A stretch of DNA of 64,000 bases, from contig JAPLLW010000012.1 in NCBI GenBank assembly GCA_026387355.1, forward strand, positions 62,612 through 126,611, given 5' to 3'. The position numbers and the translations under genes are program-made. The DNA comes from Candidatus Omnitrophota bacterium. GTDB taxonomy: Bacteria; Omnitrophota; Gorgyraeia; Gygaellales; Profunditerraquicolaceae. This document shows positions 37,756 through 48,043 of the stretch, piece after piece (position 1 is the first letter of the stretch; every line of letters starts with the position of its first letter). Under the pieces are notes generated by a model. It saw only the letters and a program-made list of their open reading frames with translations, was not told where the DNA came from and did no database searches.

Positions 37756-38811
37756 ATGGTTATTAAACGAAAGAAATCAAAGATTGTGAAAATCGGCAAA
37801 GTCTTTATTGGAGGGAATTATCCGATTGCCATACAATCGATGGTAAAGGTGAAGACCTCTGATATTGATAAGGCTGTAAAAGAAATCCGCATTCTGCAAA
37901 CAGCCGGTTGCGAGATTATACGCTTAGCGGTAAAAGATAAGTTAGATGCTTTCGCCATAAAAGATATTAAGCGTAAGGTTAAGATTCCTTTAGTTGCAGA
38001 TATTCATTTTGATTACAAGTTAGCTTTAATGGCCATAGATAGCGGTGTAGATAAAATCCGGCTTAACCCCGGGAATATCTACAAAAAAGAAGAGATTAAA
38101 GAGGTAGTTACAGCGTTAAAACTCGCTAAATTACCTTTACGTATCGGGTTAAATTCAGGTTCGGTTAGAGATAATCATTCTAAGGGTATGTCAGACAGAC
38201 TGGTAGCTAGCGCACTTGACTATATAAGGATAATCGAAGGATTTAAATTTCACAATATTGTTGTTTCTTTAAAAGCCTCTAATATTTTAGATACTGTAGG
38301 GGCATATCGAAAGTTAGCTTCGCTTTGCGAATATCCGCTGCATTTGGGGCTTACCGCTACCGGTTCTCCATTTGCCGGAGCCGTAAAATCAGGGGTTGCT
38401 TTAGGTTCTTTACTTTTAGATGGTATTGGTGATACAATAAGGATATCATTGACGGATAAGTCAGCGGAAGAGGTCTATTCAGCTAAGATTATTTTAGAAT
38501 CGTTAGGGCTGCGTAGTTTCGGTCATACACTGATTAGCTGCCCTACTTGCGGCCGCTGTGAGGTAGATTTAGTAAAGATAGTAAGGGAGCTGGAAGAAAA
38601 ACTGCAATTAGAAGGCAAGCGTATTGCTGCTGATAAATTTAAGTCTATAGCATTAATGGGATGTATAGTTAATGGACCGGGAGAGGCAAAAGAGGCTGAT
38701 ATAGGTGTTGCTTTCGGTAAGAACCAAGGTTTATTATTTAAAAAGGGTAAGCCGGTAAGAAAGATACCCGTTAGAAATTGCATAGAGCTACTATTGAAGG
38801 AGATAAAATAA
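37756..38811 (+). CDS. ispG: 4-hydroxy-3-methylbut-2-enyl diphosphate synthase (GcpE)
   Basis: The TIM-barrel N-terminal region 'PIAIQSMVK' and the C-terminal Fe-S cysteines 'CPTCGRC...GCIVNGPGE'. Confidence 0.9.
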   Translation: MVIKRKKSKIVKIGKVFIGGNYPIAIQSMVKVKTSDIDKAVKEIRILQTAGCEIIRLAVKDKLDAFAIKDIKRKVKIPLVADIHFDYKLALMAIDSGVDKIRLNPGNIYKKEEIKEVVTALKLAKLPLRIGLNSGSVRDNHSKGMSDRLVASALDYIRIIEGFKFHNIVVSLKASNILDTVGAYRKLASLCEYPLHLGLTATGSPFAGAVKSGVALGSLLLDGIGDTIRISLTDKSAEEVYSAKIILESLGLRSFGHTLISCPTCGRCEVDLVKIVRELEEKLQLEGKRIAADKFKSIALMGCIVNGPGEAKEADIGVAFGKNQGLLFKKGKPVRKIPVRNCIELLLKEIK

Positions 38812-38812
38812 T

Positions 38813-40072
38813 ATGGCACAGTCTTTAAAGGATAAAATAAGGGAAGATCTGGTTTCTCAGCATTATGATTTATTGTCAAAGCTACAGCTTAATCCACAAG
38901 AGCTCAAAGATACTATCAATAAGATGATGGATGCAATTTTCAGTAATCCGAAGAATACCTTTGCCGATGTTGACAGGGCGAAGCTTATTAAAGAGCTGGT
39001 TGATGAGTTTGTAGGCTTAGGGCCCATAGATGTTTTAATGAAGGATTCTGGCGTAACTGAAGTAATGATTAACGGGCCGAAAAGGGTTTATGTCGAGAGA
39101 AGAGGGAATAAGGAGCTATCGGATATTACTTTTGAGAGCGAGAATCAGCTTATGTCTTTAGTGCAAAAGATGCTTATGCCCACGCGCCGCAGAGTTGATG
39201 AATCAAGCCCTTATACGGATTTTTGTCTTAAAGATGGTTCTCGTGTAAATGTGATTATATATCCGGTTGTCATGGATGGCCCGGTGGTTACCATAAGAAA
39301 ATTCCTAAAAGAGATAAAGACAGTGGAAGACCTATTGAGCTTAGAGACTTTAGATAAAAGGATGGCGGATTTCCTGGTGGCAGCAATAAAGGCAAAGTTA
39401 AATATTATCATGTCCGGTTCAACCGGTTCAGGTAAGACCACTACCTTAAATGTGCTTGCTTCATATATTTCCAGTGATGAGCGTATTGTTACTATAGAGG
39501 ATACAACAGAATTAAACCTACCCCAGGATCACGTAATCAGGTTGCAGGCAAAGCAGGCTAATATTGACGGTAAGGGAGAGATAACCATAAGAAATCTTTT
39601 TAGGAATGCCTTGCGTATGCGGCCTAAGCGCATAATCATCGGTGAAATAAGAGGGGCTGAGGCATTCGATATGTTGCAGGCAATATGCTCAGGGCACGGT
39701 GGGTCGCTTGCGGTTATACATGCGGAAAATCCGCAGGATGTTATATACCGCATTGAAACAATGATTATCACCTCAGGCCTCCCGATTACCTTAGATGTAA
39801 TCAGTCGTCATGTCGCTGCATCAGTTAATATTATTTTGCATCAGGAACAATTATTAGATGGCTCGCGAAAGATTACGCATATTACGGCGGTAAACGGGCT
39901 GAAAAATGGTCAGGTTGTCTTAGAAGATTTGTTTACCTATGATATCGAAAGCTCGGTTCCCGGCCAAAAAGTTATGGGTCGTTGGAAGGCAACCGGTGTT
40001 ATGCCGGTATTTTACCCTGTATTCGCAAGGACAGGGGTAGAATTATCCAAGGAAATATTTAATAAGGATTAA
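38813..40072 (+). CDS. CpaF/TadA-like type II/IV secretion-system ATPase (Flp-pilus assembly family). No pilus genes are adjacent
   Basis: Walker A 'SGSTGSGKTTTLNVL', 'IIIGEIRGAEA' and a His-box 'HGGSLAVIHAE'. The 419-aa size fits the CpaF family. Confidence 0.75.
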   Translation: MAQSLKDKIREDLVSQHYDLLSKLQLNPQELKDTINKMMDAIFSNPKNTFADVDRAKLIKELVDEFVGLGPIDVLMKDSGVTEVMINGPKRVYVERRGNKELSDITFESENQLMSLVQKMLMPTRRRVDESSPYTDFCLKDGSRVNVIIYPVVMDGPVVTIRKFLKEIKTVEDLLSLETLDKRMADFLVAAIKAKLNIIMSGSTGSGKTTTLNVLASYISSDERIVTIEDTTELNLPQDHVIRLQAKQANIDGKGEITIRNLFRNALRMRPKRIIIGEIRGAEAFDMLQAICSGHGGSLAVIHAENPQDVIYRIETMIITSGLPITLDVISRHVAASVNIILHQEQLLDGSRKITHITAVNGLKNGQVVLEDLFTYDIESSVPGQKVMGRWKATGVMPVFYPVFARTGVELSKEIFNKD

Positions 40073-40074
40073 GT

Positions 40075-41316
40075 ATGTTTTGGTCAAAAACTTTTATTCC
40101 AACTTTAAAAGAGACTCCGCAAGAAGCAGAGTCAATCAGCCATCAACTCTTGCTGCGTGCAGGGCTTGTGCGTATGCTTATGGCCGGCGCTTATTCGTAT
40201 CTACCTTTAGGGTTGAAAGTCCTGGAGAATATCCAAAATATTATCCGCCAGGAGATGAATTCTTGCGATGCCTCTGAGTTATTGTTACCGGCGCTACAGC
40301 CGCTAGATTTATGGCAGCGCACCGGGCGCGATAAGGATATAGGCGAGGTAATGATAAAGTTTACTGATCGACGGGGTAGAAAGCTCTGTTTAGGGCCTAC
40401 GCACGAAGAAGTGATTACTGATTTAGTTAAAAGCCAGGTGTCTAGTTATAAGCAGCTACCCGTAATTTTATATCAAATACAGACTAAATTTCGCGATGAG
40501 ATTAGGCCGCGCTTTGGGCTGGTCAGGGCTTGCGAGTTCATTATGAAAGACGCCTATAGCTTTGATAAAGATGAAGCAGGGCTTGATAAAAATTACCAGG
40601 CGATGTATGAAGCTTACATTAGGATATTTAAGAGGTGCGGTTTAAAGGTGCTCACCCCTGAGGCAGACTCAGGAGTGATGGGCGGTAAGGTTTCCCACGA
40701 ATTTATGGTCCCGGCTAATGACGGAGAGGATGTAGTTTTAGTCTGTTCAAAGTGTAATAAAGCTAAGGCATTTAAGGAGGGCGTTCAAGATAAATGTCCT
40801 GATTGTAATATTGATTTGGAAAGGGTAAATGCTATTGAAGTTGGGCACATATTTAAGTTGGGGACTAAATATAGCGTTTCGCTGGGCGCTAATTTCGTGG
40901 ATGCATTTGGCAAGTTGAATCCGATTATTATGGGTTGCTATGGAATAGGAGTTTCTAGATTAATCTCAGCGGCAATTGAGCAGAATTATGATGCAAATGG
41001 GATTATCTGGCCGCAAGAATTAGCGCCTTATAAAGTTATAATATTGGTTTTGGATGTAACGGATGAAGCGATCATGAGATTAGCTTTGAGTGTTTATAAA
41101 GATTTAGAGGATAGCGGTATTGAGGTTTTGTTTGATGATCGTGATGAGCGGGCAGGAGTAAAATTTAAGGATGCTGATCTTTTGGGCATACCTTTGCAGA
41201 TTATAATCGGTAAAGGCGCTTTAAAGGACGGGCAGATTGAATTAAAGAATCGCCGTACGCAGGCTAAAGTTATTAAGCCAAAAGAAGAGATCTTAAAAGA
41301 GATAAAGAATTTGTGA
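40075..41316 (+). CDS. proS: Prolyl-tRNA synthetase, bacterial type, with the INS editing domain replaced by a short CxxC...CxxC zinc ribbon
   Basis: The N terminus matches E. coli ProRS ('LKETPQEAESISHQLLLRAG', 'LGPTHEEVITDL', 'YQIQTKFRDEIRPRFGL'). It is only 413 aa, and 'VCSKCNK...CPDCN' occupies the position where the INS domain normally sits. Confidence 0.85.
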   Translation: MFWSKTFIPTLKETPQEAESISHQLLLRAGLVRMLMAGAYSYLPLGLKVLENIQNIIRQEMNSCDASELLLPALQPLDLWQRTGRDKDIGEVMIKFTDRRGRKLCLGPTHEEVITDLVKSQVSSYKQLPVILYQIQTKFRDEIRPRFGLVRACEFIMKDAYSFDKDEAGLDKNYQAMYEAYIRIFKRCGLKVLTPEADSGVMGGKVSHEFMVPANDGEDVVLVCSKCNKAKAFKEGVQDKCPDCNIDLERVNAIEVGHIFKLGTKYSVSLGANFVDAFGKLNPIIMGCYGIGVSRLISAAIEQNYDANGIIWPQELAPYKVIILVLDVTDEAIMRLALSVYKDLEDSGIEVLFDDRDERAGVKFKDADLLGIPLQIIIGKGALKDGQIELKNRRTQAKVIKPKEEILKEIKNL

Positions 41317-41317
41317 T

Positions 41318-41776
41318 ATGGATAAAGATATCCTGATTAAAGAGCTGCAAAGTCTACTTTCGGATTTTCTTAAAGACCAGAATATGGATTTAGTTGATAT
41401 TATCTATAGATACGAAGGCAGGGATTTATTCTTGAGAGTTTTGGCTGACAAGACGCAGGGTGGTATTAATCTTGATGAATGCGCTCAACTAAACCGGGCG
41501 ATTAGCGTCATTCTTGATGAGCGGAATATTTTGCAGGAGAGGTATGTTCTGGAGGTTTCTTCTCCGGGACTTGACCGGGTACTTAAAACTGAAAAAGATT
41601 TTATGCGCACTTTGAATAAGGATGTAAAAGTATTCTTAAGCGAGCAGACCTCTGGTAAGCTCGAATGGGATGGGGTTGTCAAGAATGTGGATAGCAATTT
41701 TGTTCATCTTGATATAGGCCAAAAGGTGTTAGAAATACCTTTGAATAAAATTAATAAAGCAAAAAGAATAATTTAG
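41318..41776 (+). CDS. rimP: Ribosome maturation factor RimP
   Basis: A 152-aa protein with 'LEVSSPGLDRVLK'. The rimP-nusA-infB order is conserved. Confidence 0.8.
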   Translation: MDKDILIKELQSLLSDFLKDQNMDLVDIIYRYEGRDLFLRVLADKTQGGINLDECAQLNRAISVILDERNILQERYVLEVSSPGLDRVLKTEKDFMRTLNKDVKVFLSEQTSGKLEWDGVVKNVDSNFVHLDIGQKVLEIPLNKINKAKRII

Positions 41777-41792
41777 GATCGGAGAGTGCGAT

Positions 41793-43022
41793 ATGAGTCA
41801 GGAACTATTAGCTATAATTGAGCAAATCGAAAGAGAAAAAGGGATTAAAAAAGAGGTATTAATTCAGGCAGTCGAGAGCGCTATGTTAAGCGCTGCTAAG
41901 CGCGTGATTGATCTTAAGCCGGATGAGGAGTTTAAGGTTGAGATTGATCGTAGCAACGGAAAAATTCGCGCCTGGAGGAATCAGGAAGAGATTACTTCTA
42001 TTGACTTTGGTCGTATTGCGGCTTCTACTGCGCGTCAGGTGATTATTCAGAAGATGCGCGAAGCAGAGAAGGATGTTGTTTTCGGCGAATTTCAAGGCAG
42101 AGTTGGCGAGATTGTTAGCGGTACTATTTATCGCTTTGAAAGAGGCAATATAATTGTAGATCTTTTAGGTAAAGCCGAAGGGGTATTGATCAAGCGCGAA
42201 CAGTCGCCTAAAGAAGAATTTAAACAGGGTCAGAGAATACGCGCTTTTGTTTTAGAGGTAAAAAAAGAGCCTAAAGGAGCCCAAATTATCCTTTCGCGTA
42301 CGCACTCGAATTTGGTTAAGAAATTATTTGAATTGGAAGTCCCTGAGATTTACGAGGGGATTGTGGAGATAAAAGCAATATCGCGTCAAGCAGGAGAGCG
42401 TACTAAGATCGCGGTATACTCTAAGAATGATAAAGTTGATCCGGTGGGTGCCTGCGTTGGTATGCGTGGTAACCGGGTAAGAAATATTGTAAATGAGCTT
42501 TACGGAGAAAAGATTGATATTGTGCGCTTTAATGATGATATCCGCGAATATATTAAAAATGCGCTTTCCCCGGCCAAGGTAGCTGAAATAAAATTAGATA
42601 AAGAGCACATGAAAGCTGAAGTTGTTGTTGATGATGATCAGCTATCTTTAGCTATAGGAAAGCATGGGCAGAATGTGCGCTTAGCTTCTAAGCTCATCGG
42701 TTGGGATCTAGATATTCGTACCAAGGCTAATACACAAGAAGCATTAGCGAAGAAAGAGAAGTCTCAAGAAGAGGCGGTTGTCGCTACGGATGAACCGGTG
42801 CTTGAGAAAAAGGCCAAGAAAGAGAAGAAGGCAAAGAAGGCCGATATCTCGCTTGAGGAGTTATCTGGCATAGGCGAGAAGACGCTTGTGAATTTAAAAG
42901 AGGCAGGTATAAACACTGTGGCAGATCTGCTTAAGGCAAAATTAGAGGATTTGACTCAAGTTAAAGGTATCGGCGAAAAGAAAGCTGAGAAATTAATTGC
43001 TCAGGTCAAGAAAATAAAATAG
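41793..43022 (+). CDS. nusA: Transcription termination/antitermination factor NusA
   Basis: 'LLAIIEQIEREKGI', S1 and KH domains ('GACVGMRGNRVRNI'), and a C-terminal HhH region. Confidence 0.9.
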   Translation: MSQELLAIIEQIEREKGIKKEVLIQAVESAMLSAAKRVIDLKPDEEFKVEIDRSNGKIRAWRNQEEITSIDFGRIAASTARQVIIQKMREAEKDVVFGEFQGRVGEIVSGTIYRFERGNIIVDLLGKAEGVLIKREQSPKEEFKQGQRIRAFVLEVKKEPKGAQIILSRTHSNLVKKLFELEVPEIYEGIVEIKAISRQAGERTKIAVYSKNDKVDPVGACVGMRGNRVRNIVNELYGEKIDIVRFNDDIREYIKNALSPAKVAEIKLDKEHMKAEVVVDDDQLSLAIGKHGQNVRLASKLIGWDLDIRTKANTQEALAKKEKSQEEAVVATDEPVLEKKAKKEKKAKKADISLEELSGIGEKTLVNLKEAGINTVADLLKAKLEDLTQVKGIGEKKAEKLIAQVKKIK

Positions 43023-43050
43023 TTCTTAACTAGGAAGAGGGTGTGAGGGT

Positions 43051-45225
43051 ATGGTTATTAAACCAAAGAAAGAAAAGAAAGCGATTAAGAAAGAAGTCAC
43101 TACTAAGAATAAGCAGGTCGTAAAAAAGCCAGCTAAGACTGTTGTTGTTAAGCAGGTTAAAAAGACTCTTTCCGTAATTAAGCATAAGACAGTAGAAACC
43201 GCTAAAGTTAAGAAGCTGGTAGTGCATAAGAAACCAGCTGTAAAAAAAGAAGAAGTTAGCGTTAGCCGTCCTATAGTCGCCGAAGTAAAGCCTATTGTAC
43301 ATCCAGCGGTACCTATTCATGTTAAAGTTCAGTCGCAGATTCATGCTAAGCCGCAGCAGCCAGCAGCTGCTAAGCCAATTTTATCTCCTAAGCCAGCTCA
43401 ACCTGTTAAGCCAGAGACAAAGGTTGAAGTGAAGTCCGAAGTTAAGGCTCCACCCGTACCGGCTGTTCATTTAAAAGATTTAGAATTAGAGCTTCCTATT
43501 ACCGTGAAGGATCTGGCGATAAAATTGCAAGAGAAGCCTTCTGTTATTATTAAGAGCCTTATGGATTTAAAGATCATGGTTGGGATAAATCAGAATCTTG
43601 ATGAAGCAGTGGCAAGTAAAATCTGCGAGAAATATCATTTCAAGATTAAGAAGGCCCTAGATGAAGAAGAGACGGCTTTGAGTATGCATAATATTATTGA
43701 TGAAGCAAAGGATCTAAAGCACCGGTCACCGGTGATTACATTTATGGGGCATGTTGACCATGGCAAGACTTCATTATTAGACGCAATCCGCAAGACTAAA
43801 GTTGCTGAAGGCGAACATGGAGGAATCACTCAGCATATCGGCGCATACAGGGTAGAACTGCCGCACGGCGAGATTACTTTTCTGGATACCCCGGGCCATG
43901 AGGCCTTTACCGCAATGCGTTCCCGCGGGGCAAGTATCACAGATATTGTTGTTCTGGTTGTTGCTGCTGATGACGGTATAATGCCTCAAACGCAGGAAGC
44001 TATAGACCATGCCCGGGCAGCCGGAGTCTCGCTTATTGTAGCAATAAACAAAATTGATATGCCGGGAGCGGATGTCGATAAGGTTAAAAAACAATTGGCT
44101 AAACTTGACCTGAATCCTGAGGATTGGGGAGGTAAGACTATTACTGTCCCTGTATCCGCTAAGACCGGCCAGGGGATCGATGATTTACTGGAGATGATCA
44201 TTCTTGAGGCTCAAATGTTAGAGCTTAAGGCTAACCCTAACCGTTTGGCTAAAGGTGTTGTAATAGAGGCGCAGATGTCCAAAGGGAGGGGGCCGGTAGT
44301 AACCTTACTTGTTCAAAACGGTACCTTGCATTTAAATGAAAATATTATTGTCGGCAATTATTACGGTAAGATACGCGCAATGTTTAATGATCGTGGACAT
44401 TCAGTAACTTTTGCAACACCTTCTGTGCCGGTTGAGGTTTTGGGCATAACAGATATCCCTGCAGCCGGAGAGCAATTTTTTGCCTTTGCAGGAGAAAGGC
44501 AGGCTAAGGATTTAGCACAGATGCGCCTGCAGAGAGAAAAACAGCAGCAGATAAAGGTAGTCAAACGTATAAATTTAGAAGACTTGCATGCCCAGATTCA
44601 GGAGGGCAAGATTAAGGAATTAAAGCTGGTGATCAAGGCAGATGTTCAGGGTTCAATTGAGGCAATCAAAGATACCTTAAACAAATTAAACGTATCGGAG
44701 ATAAAACTCGATTTTATACATGCAGGCGTTGGCGATATCAATAGCTCCGATGTAATTCTAGCGATTGCTTCTAACGCGCTTATTTTGGGATTTAATGTTA
44801 GGATTGATGATTTAGCTAAAGAATTAATGGACAAGGAAGGCGTGGATGTTAAAGTTTATAATATTATTTACGAATTGGCCAATGATATCAAAGCGGCTAT
44901 TGAAGGGATGCTTGAGCCGAAATTGAAGAAGATCTTCTTAGGCAGGGCCGAAGTCCGCAAAGTCTTGAGATTATCAAAGGCAGGGACTATTGCCGGATGT
45001 TTTGTGAATAAGGGTAAATTTAATCGAAACTGCACGGTCAATTTAATTAGGAATGGCGAGCTTGTTTTTGAAGGCAAGCTTTCATCGCTTAAGCGTTTTA
45101 AAGATGACGTGCGCGAGGTAGCCGAAGGGTTTGAGTGCGGAATGAGTTTTTCCGGATTCGATCAATATATGGAAGGCGATATTATTGAGGCTTACGATAT
45201 TGAAAAGATTGCAAGGAGACTATGA
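43051..45225 (+). CDS. infB: Translation initiation factor IF-2
   Basis: A Lys/Val-rich N-terminal region, the G domain '[17 protein letters not shown]', 'DTPGHEAF' and 'NKID'. Confidence 0.95.
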   Translation: MVIKPKKEKKAIKKEVTTKNKQVVKKPAKTVVVKQVKKTLSVIKHKTVETAKVKKLVVHKKPAVKKEEVSVSRPIVAEVKPIVHPAVPIHVKVQSQIHAKPQQPAAAKPILSPKPAQPVKPETKVEVKSEVKAPPVPAVHLKDLELELPITVKDLAIKLQEKPSVIIKSLMDLKIMVGINQNLDEAVASKICEKYHFKIKKALDEEETALSMHNIIDEAKDLKHRSPVITFMGHVDHGKTSLLDAIRKTKVAEGEHGGITQHIGAYRVELPHGEITFLDTPGHEAFTAMRSRGASITDIVVLVVAADDGIMPQTQEAIDHARAAGVSLIVAINKIDMPGADVDKVKKQLAKLDLNPEDWGGKTITVPVSAKTGQGIDDLLEMIILEAQMLELKANPNRLAKGVVIEAQMSKGRGPVVTLLVQNGTLHLNENIIVGNYYGKIRAMFNDRGHSVTFATPSVPVEVLGITDIPAAGEQFFAFAGERQAKDLAQMRLQREKQQQIKVVKRINLEDLHAQIQEGKIKELKLVIKADVQGSIEAIKDTLNKLNVSEIKLDFIHAGVGDINSSDVILAIASNALILGFNVRIDDLAKELMDKEGVDVKVYNIIYELANDIKAAIEGMLEPKLKKIFLGRAEVRKVLRLSKAGTIAGCFVNKGKFNRNCTVNLIRNGELVFEGKLSSLKRFKDDVREVAEGFECGMSFSGFDQYMEGDIIEAYDIEKIARRL

Positions 45226-46202
45226 AAGGTAGAATATTAAGCGGAATGCGGCCGACCGGTAAATTGCACCTCGGTCATTTAGTTGGGGCATTGGATAACT
45301 GGATAAAGCTGCAGGATGAGTATGACTGCTTATTTATGGTAGCGGATTGGCATGCGTTTATGAGTGAATATGAGAATACTTCTGAGCTTGCCGAGAATAT
45401 CATTGATAATGTCGCTGATTGGTTAAGCGTAGGTATCGATCCTAAGAGATCAACTATATTTGTGCAATCGCATGTTGCAGAGCACACCCAGCTACATATG
45501 ATATTTTCTTGTATTACTCCTTTGGGTATTTTAGAGCGTTGCCCGACTTACAAAGAGCAGATGCGCGAAATAAATACGAGAAATCTAAATACCTATGGAT
45601 TTCTAGGTTATCCGGTTCTTCAGGCCTCCGATATACTTCTTTATAAGGCGAATAAGGTTCCCGTAGGTCAGGATCAGCTTCCACATTTAGAGCTTACCCG
45701 AGAGATTTCAAGGCTCTTTAATAATTTGGCCAAGCGCGAAGTTTTCCCCTCACCAGATGCAATATTAACTCAAAGCCCAAAGCTCCTTGGTCTAGACGGA
45801 CGTAAAATGAGTAAGAGTTATTTGAATACGATTAATCTCTCTGATGCTCCGGATGAGATAGTGCGCAAGATTTCCACGATGTTTACCGACCCTCAAAGAA
45901 TTAAATTAAGCGATAATGGGCATCCTGATATATGTAACGTTTTTTCTTACTATACTACTTTTGCCCCGGAGCTTAAGAATGAAATTTTTGATGGGTGCTC
46001 TAATGCAAGATTTGGTTGTACTGAATGCAAGAAAAGACTAGCTCAAAGGATTATAGAAAAGATTTCTCCTTTTCAGAAGAAAAGAACAGAACTGCTTAAA
46101 GATAAAACAGTAATAAGTAAAATCCTCGAAGAAGGCAGAGAGAAGGCTTCTTTTTTAGCAATAGAGACAATGCGGCAAGTGCGTAAGGCAGTTAATCTAT
46201 GA
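45222..46202 (+). CDS. trpS: Tryptophanyl-tRNA synthetase
   Basis: The HIGH-type 'SGMRPTGKLHLGHLVG' and the 'KMSKS' motif. Confidence 0.9.
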   Translation: MKGRILSGMRPTGKLHLGHLVGALDNWIKLQDEYDCLFMVADWHAFMSEYENTSELAENIIDNVADWLSVGIDPKRSTIFVQSHVAEHTQLHMIFSCITPLGILERCPTYKEQMREINTRNLNTYGFLGYPVLQASDILLYKANKVPVGQDQLPHLELTREISRLFNNLAKREVFPSPDAILTQSPKLLGLDGRKMSKSYLNTINLSDAPDEIVRKISTMFTDPQRIKLSDNGHPDICNVFSYYTTFAPELKNEIFDGCSNARFGCTECKKRLAQRIIEKISPFQKKRTELLKDKTVISKILEEGREKASFLAIETMRQVRKAVNL

Positions 46203-46960
46203 ATTATAAGATAAAATTAGAGGTTTTTGAGGGTCCGCTGGATCTCCTTCTTTATCTAGTTAAAAAGGATCATTTAAATATCTACGATATTCCAATAGCT
46301 AAAGTAACCGATCAGTATCTTCAGTATTTAAATTTAATGCAGTTGTTGGATCTGAATGTCGCGGGAGAATTCCTGGTTATGGCAGCTACGCTTATGCAGA
46401 TTAAATCTAAAATGCTTTTACCGGTTGAAGAGGGCGAAGGTGTTACCGAAGAACAGATAGACCCGCGCGAGGAATTAGTAAAGCGGCTGCTTGAGTACGA
46501 GAAGTTTAAAGAGATAGCCGGTTCCCTTCGTCAAAAAGAGGTTGAACAGCAGGAGGTTTTTAAGCGGCCAAAGATGGAAGAGGCAAAAGAGATAGGCGAA
46601 GATAAAGATACCTATTTTGAAGCGAGCATATTTGATTTGATCAATGCTTTTTCAAAGGCCCTCAAGGATATCCCCAAAGAAGTTTTCTACGAAGTAATCA
46701 AGGATAAATTTACGGTAGAAGAAGCGGTGCATAAGATACTTCACCTTTTACTGGTTAAGCCTGAACTTAGGCTCTCCGAATTATTCAAGCAGGCAAAGAA
46801 TAAGATGGAGATTGTAGTTACGTTCCTCGGGGTTTTAGAATTAATCCGTATGAAAGAGATTGTTGCCAGACAAAGCGAGCTTTTCCAAGAGATAGATATC
46901 GTAAGAAACAAGGAGAATATTATTCCTTATGACGGAAGAGATCAGGCAGAGCATACTTAA
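46199..46960 (+). CDS. scpA: Segregation and condensation protein A
   Basis: 'LEVFEGPLDLLLYLVKKDHLNIYDIPIAKVTDQYLQYL' is the ScpA N-terminus. Confidence 0.8.
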   Translation: MNYKIKLEVFEGPLDLLLYLVKKDHLNIYDIPIAKVTDQYLQYLNLMQLLDLNVAGEFLVMAATLMQIKSKMLLPVEEGEGVTEEQIDPREELVKRLLEYEKFKEIAGSLRQKEVEQQEVFKRPKMEEAKEIGEDKDTYFEASIFDLINAFSKALKDIPKEVFYEVIKDKFTVEEAVHKILHLLLVKPELRLSELFKQAKNKMEIVVTFLGVLELIRMKEIVARQSELFQEIDIVRNKENIIPYDGRDQAEHT

Positions 46961-47978
46961 AGGGTCAGTAGAGATAGTTAATAACAGAGAGTCCGAAGAA
47001 GATGTTGTTTTAAATATCTCTCTGCGGCCTAAGAAATTCGCTGAATTCCTCGGACATAAAGAGATTGTCGATAACTTAAAGATCTCTATTCAGGCAGCTA
47101 AGCAAAGAAACGAGCCGCTTGAGCATGTTTTGTTGAGTGGTCCTCCCGGCTTAGGGAAAACATCTTTGTCGCATATCATTGCTCATGAAATGAGTGCTAA
47201 GATTACCGCTACAAGTGGACCGGCAATTGAGCGTGCAGGCGACCTGATCGGAATATTAACTAATTTAGAGCAGGGTGATATTTTATTTATTGATGAGATC
47301 CACCGCCTATCTAAAGTAGTCGAAGAATTTTTATACCCGGCGATGGAGAGTTTTCAGATTGATTTTGTTATTGATAAGGGTCCGTATGCTAAGACGATTA
47401 AATTTAATCTTAAGCCTTTTACTCTGATAGGCGCGACTACGCGCAGCGGCCTGCTTGCCGCTCCCTTACGCGGAAGATTTGGGATATTTTATTCCTTAGA
47501 TTTTTATAAAATTGAAGATTTGGCAAAAATTGTCATGCATTCAGCTGATATATTAGGGGTTAATATGGAGAATTCTGCAGCCGAGGAAGTGGCGCGCAGG
47601 GCCCGCGGGACTCCGCGCATAGCCAATAGGTTATTGCGCCGCATAAGAGATTATGCGCAGGTTTCAGGAGTCAAAATTGTTACCTTTGAGATGGCTTCTA
47701 AGTCATTGGATGATTTAAGAATTGATAAAGCCGGTTTTGATGACTTGGATCGCAAGGTATTAAGGCTGGTCTTGGAGTCTTATAACGGAGGCCCGGTGGG
47801 GGTTGAGTCATTGGCTGCGAGCTTAAATGAGGAAGTGGATACTATTGTGGATACAGTAGAGCCGTATCTATTAAAGGCAGGTTATTTGAAACGCACCTCG
47901 CGCGGCCGTACCGCTACCAAGCTGGCATTCGATCACTTCGGTTTAAAATATACCAAAGAACAGCAGGATCTTTTTTAA
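46929..47978 (+). CDS. ruvB: Holliday junction branch-migration helicase RuvB
   Basis: The AAA+ Walker A 'GPPGLGKTSL', 'LFIDEIHRL', and 'ATTRSGLLAAPLRGRFGI'. No ruvA is adjacent. Confidence 0.9.
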   Translation: MTEEIRQSILKGSVEIVNNRESEEDVVLNISLRPKKFAEFLGHKEIVDNLKISIQAAKQRNEPLEHVLLSGPPGLGKTSLSHIIAHEMSAKITATSGPAIERAGDLIGILTNLEQGDILFIDEIHRLSKVVEEFLYPAMESFQIDFVIDKGPYAKTIKFNLKPFTLIGATTRSGLLAAPLRGRFGIFYSLDFYKIEDLAKIVMHSADILGVNMENSAAEEVARRARGTPRIANRLLRRIRDYAQVSGVKIVTFEMASKSLDDLRIDKAGFDDLDRKVLRLVLESYNGGPVGVESLAASLNEEVDTIVDTVEPYLLKAGYLKRTSRGRTATKLAFDHFGLKYTKEQQDLF

Positions 47979-47982
47979 TGAA

Positions 47983-48033
47983 TCTGCCGTGTTTCTCGCT
48001 TAGCGGGTGGCGCCGTGACAGGACCCGCCAGAG
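47983..48033 (+). repeat. Short GC-rich repeat, copy D: a truncated left-TIR-like segment plus the 'GCGGGTGGCGCCGTGACAGGACCCGC' hairpin module
   Basis: 'TCTGCCGTGTTTCTCGC' resembles the left ends of elements A and B. The module GCGGGT-ggcgccgtgacagg-ACCCGC recurs at 50957-50982, at 51014-51038, and in reverse at 55625-55645. Confidence 0.45.
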
Positions 48034-48043
48034 TAATTAATTT

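Noticed and set aside
40080-40277. Small + strand ORFs nested in proS (40080-40277), in tgt (51862-52050) and in the cooF-like gene (58595-58807)
   Set aside because: Alternative-frame ORFs inside confidently assigned genes. No independent support.
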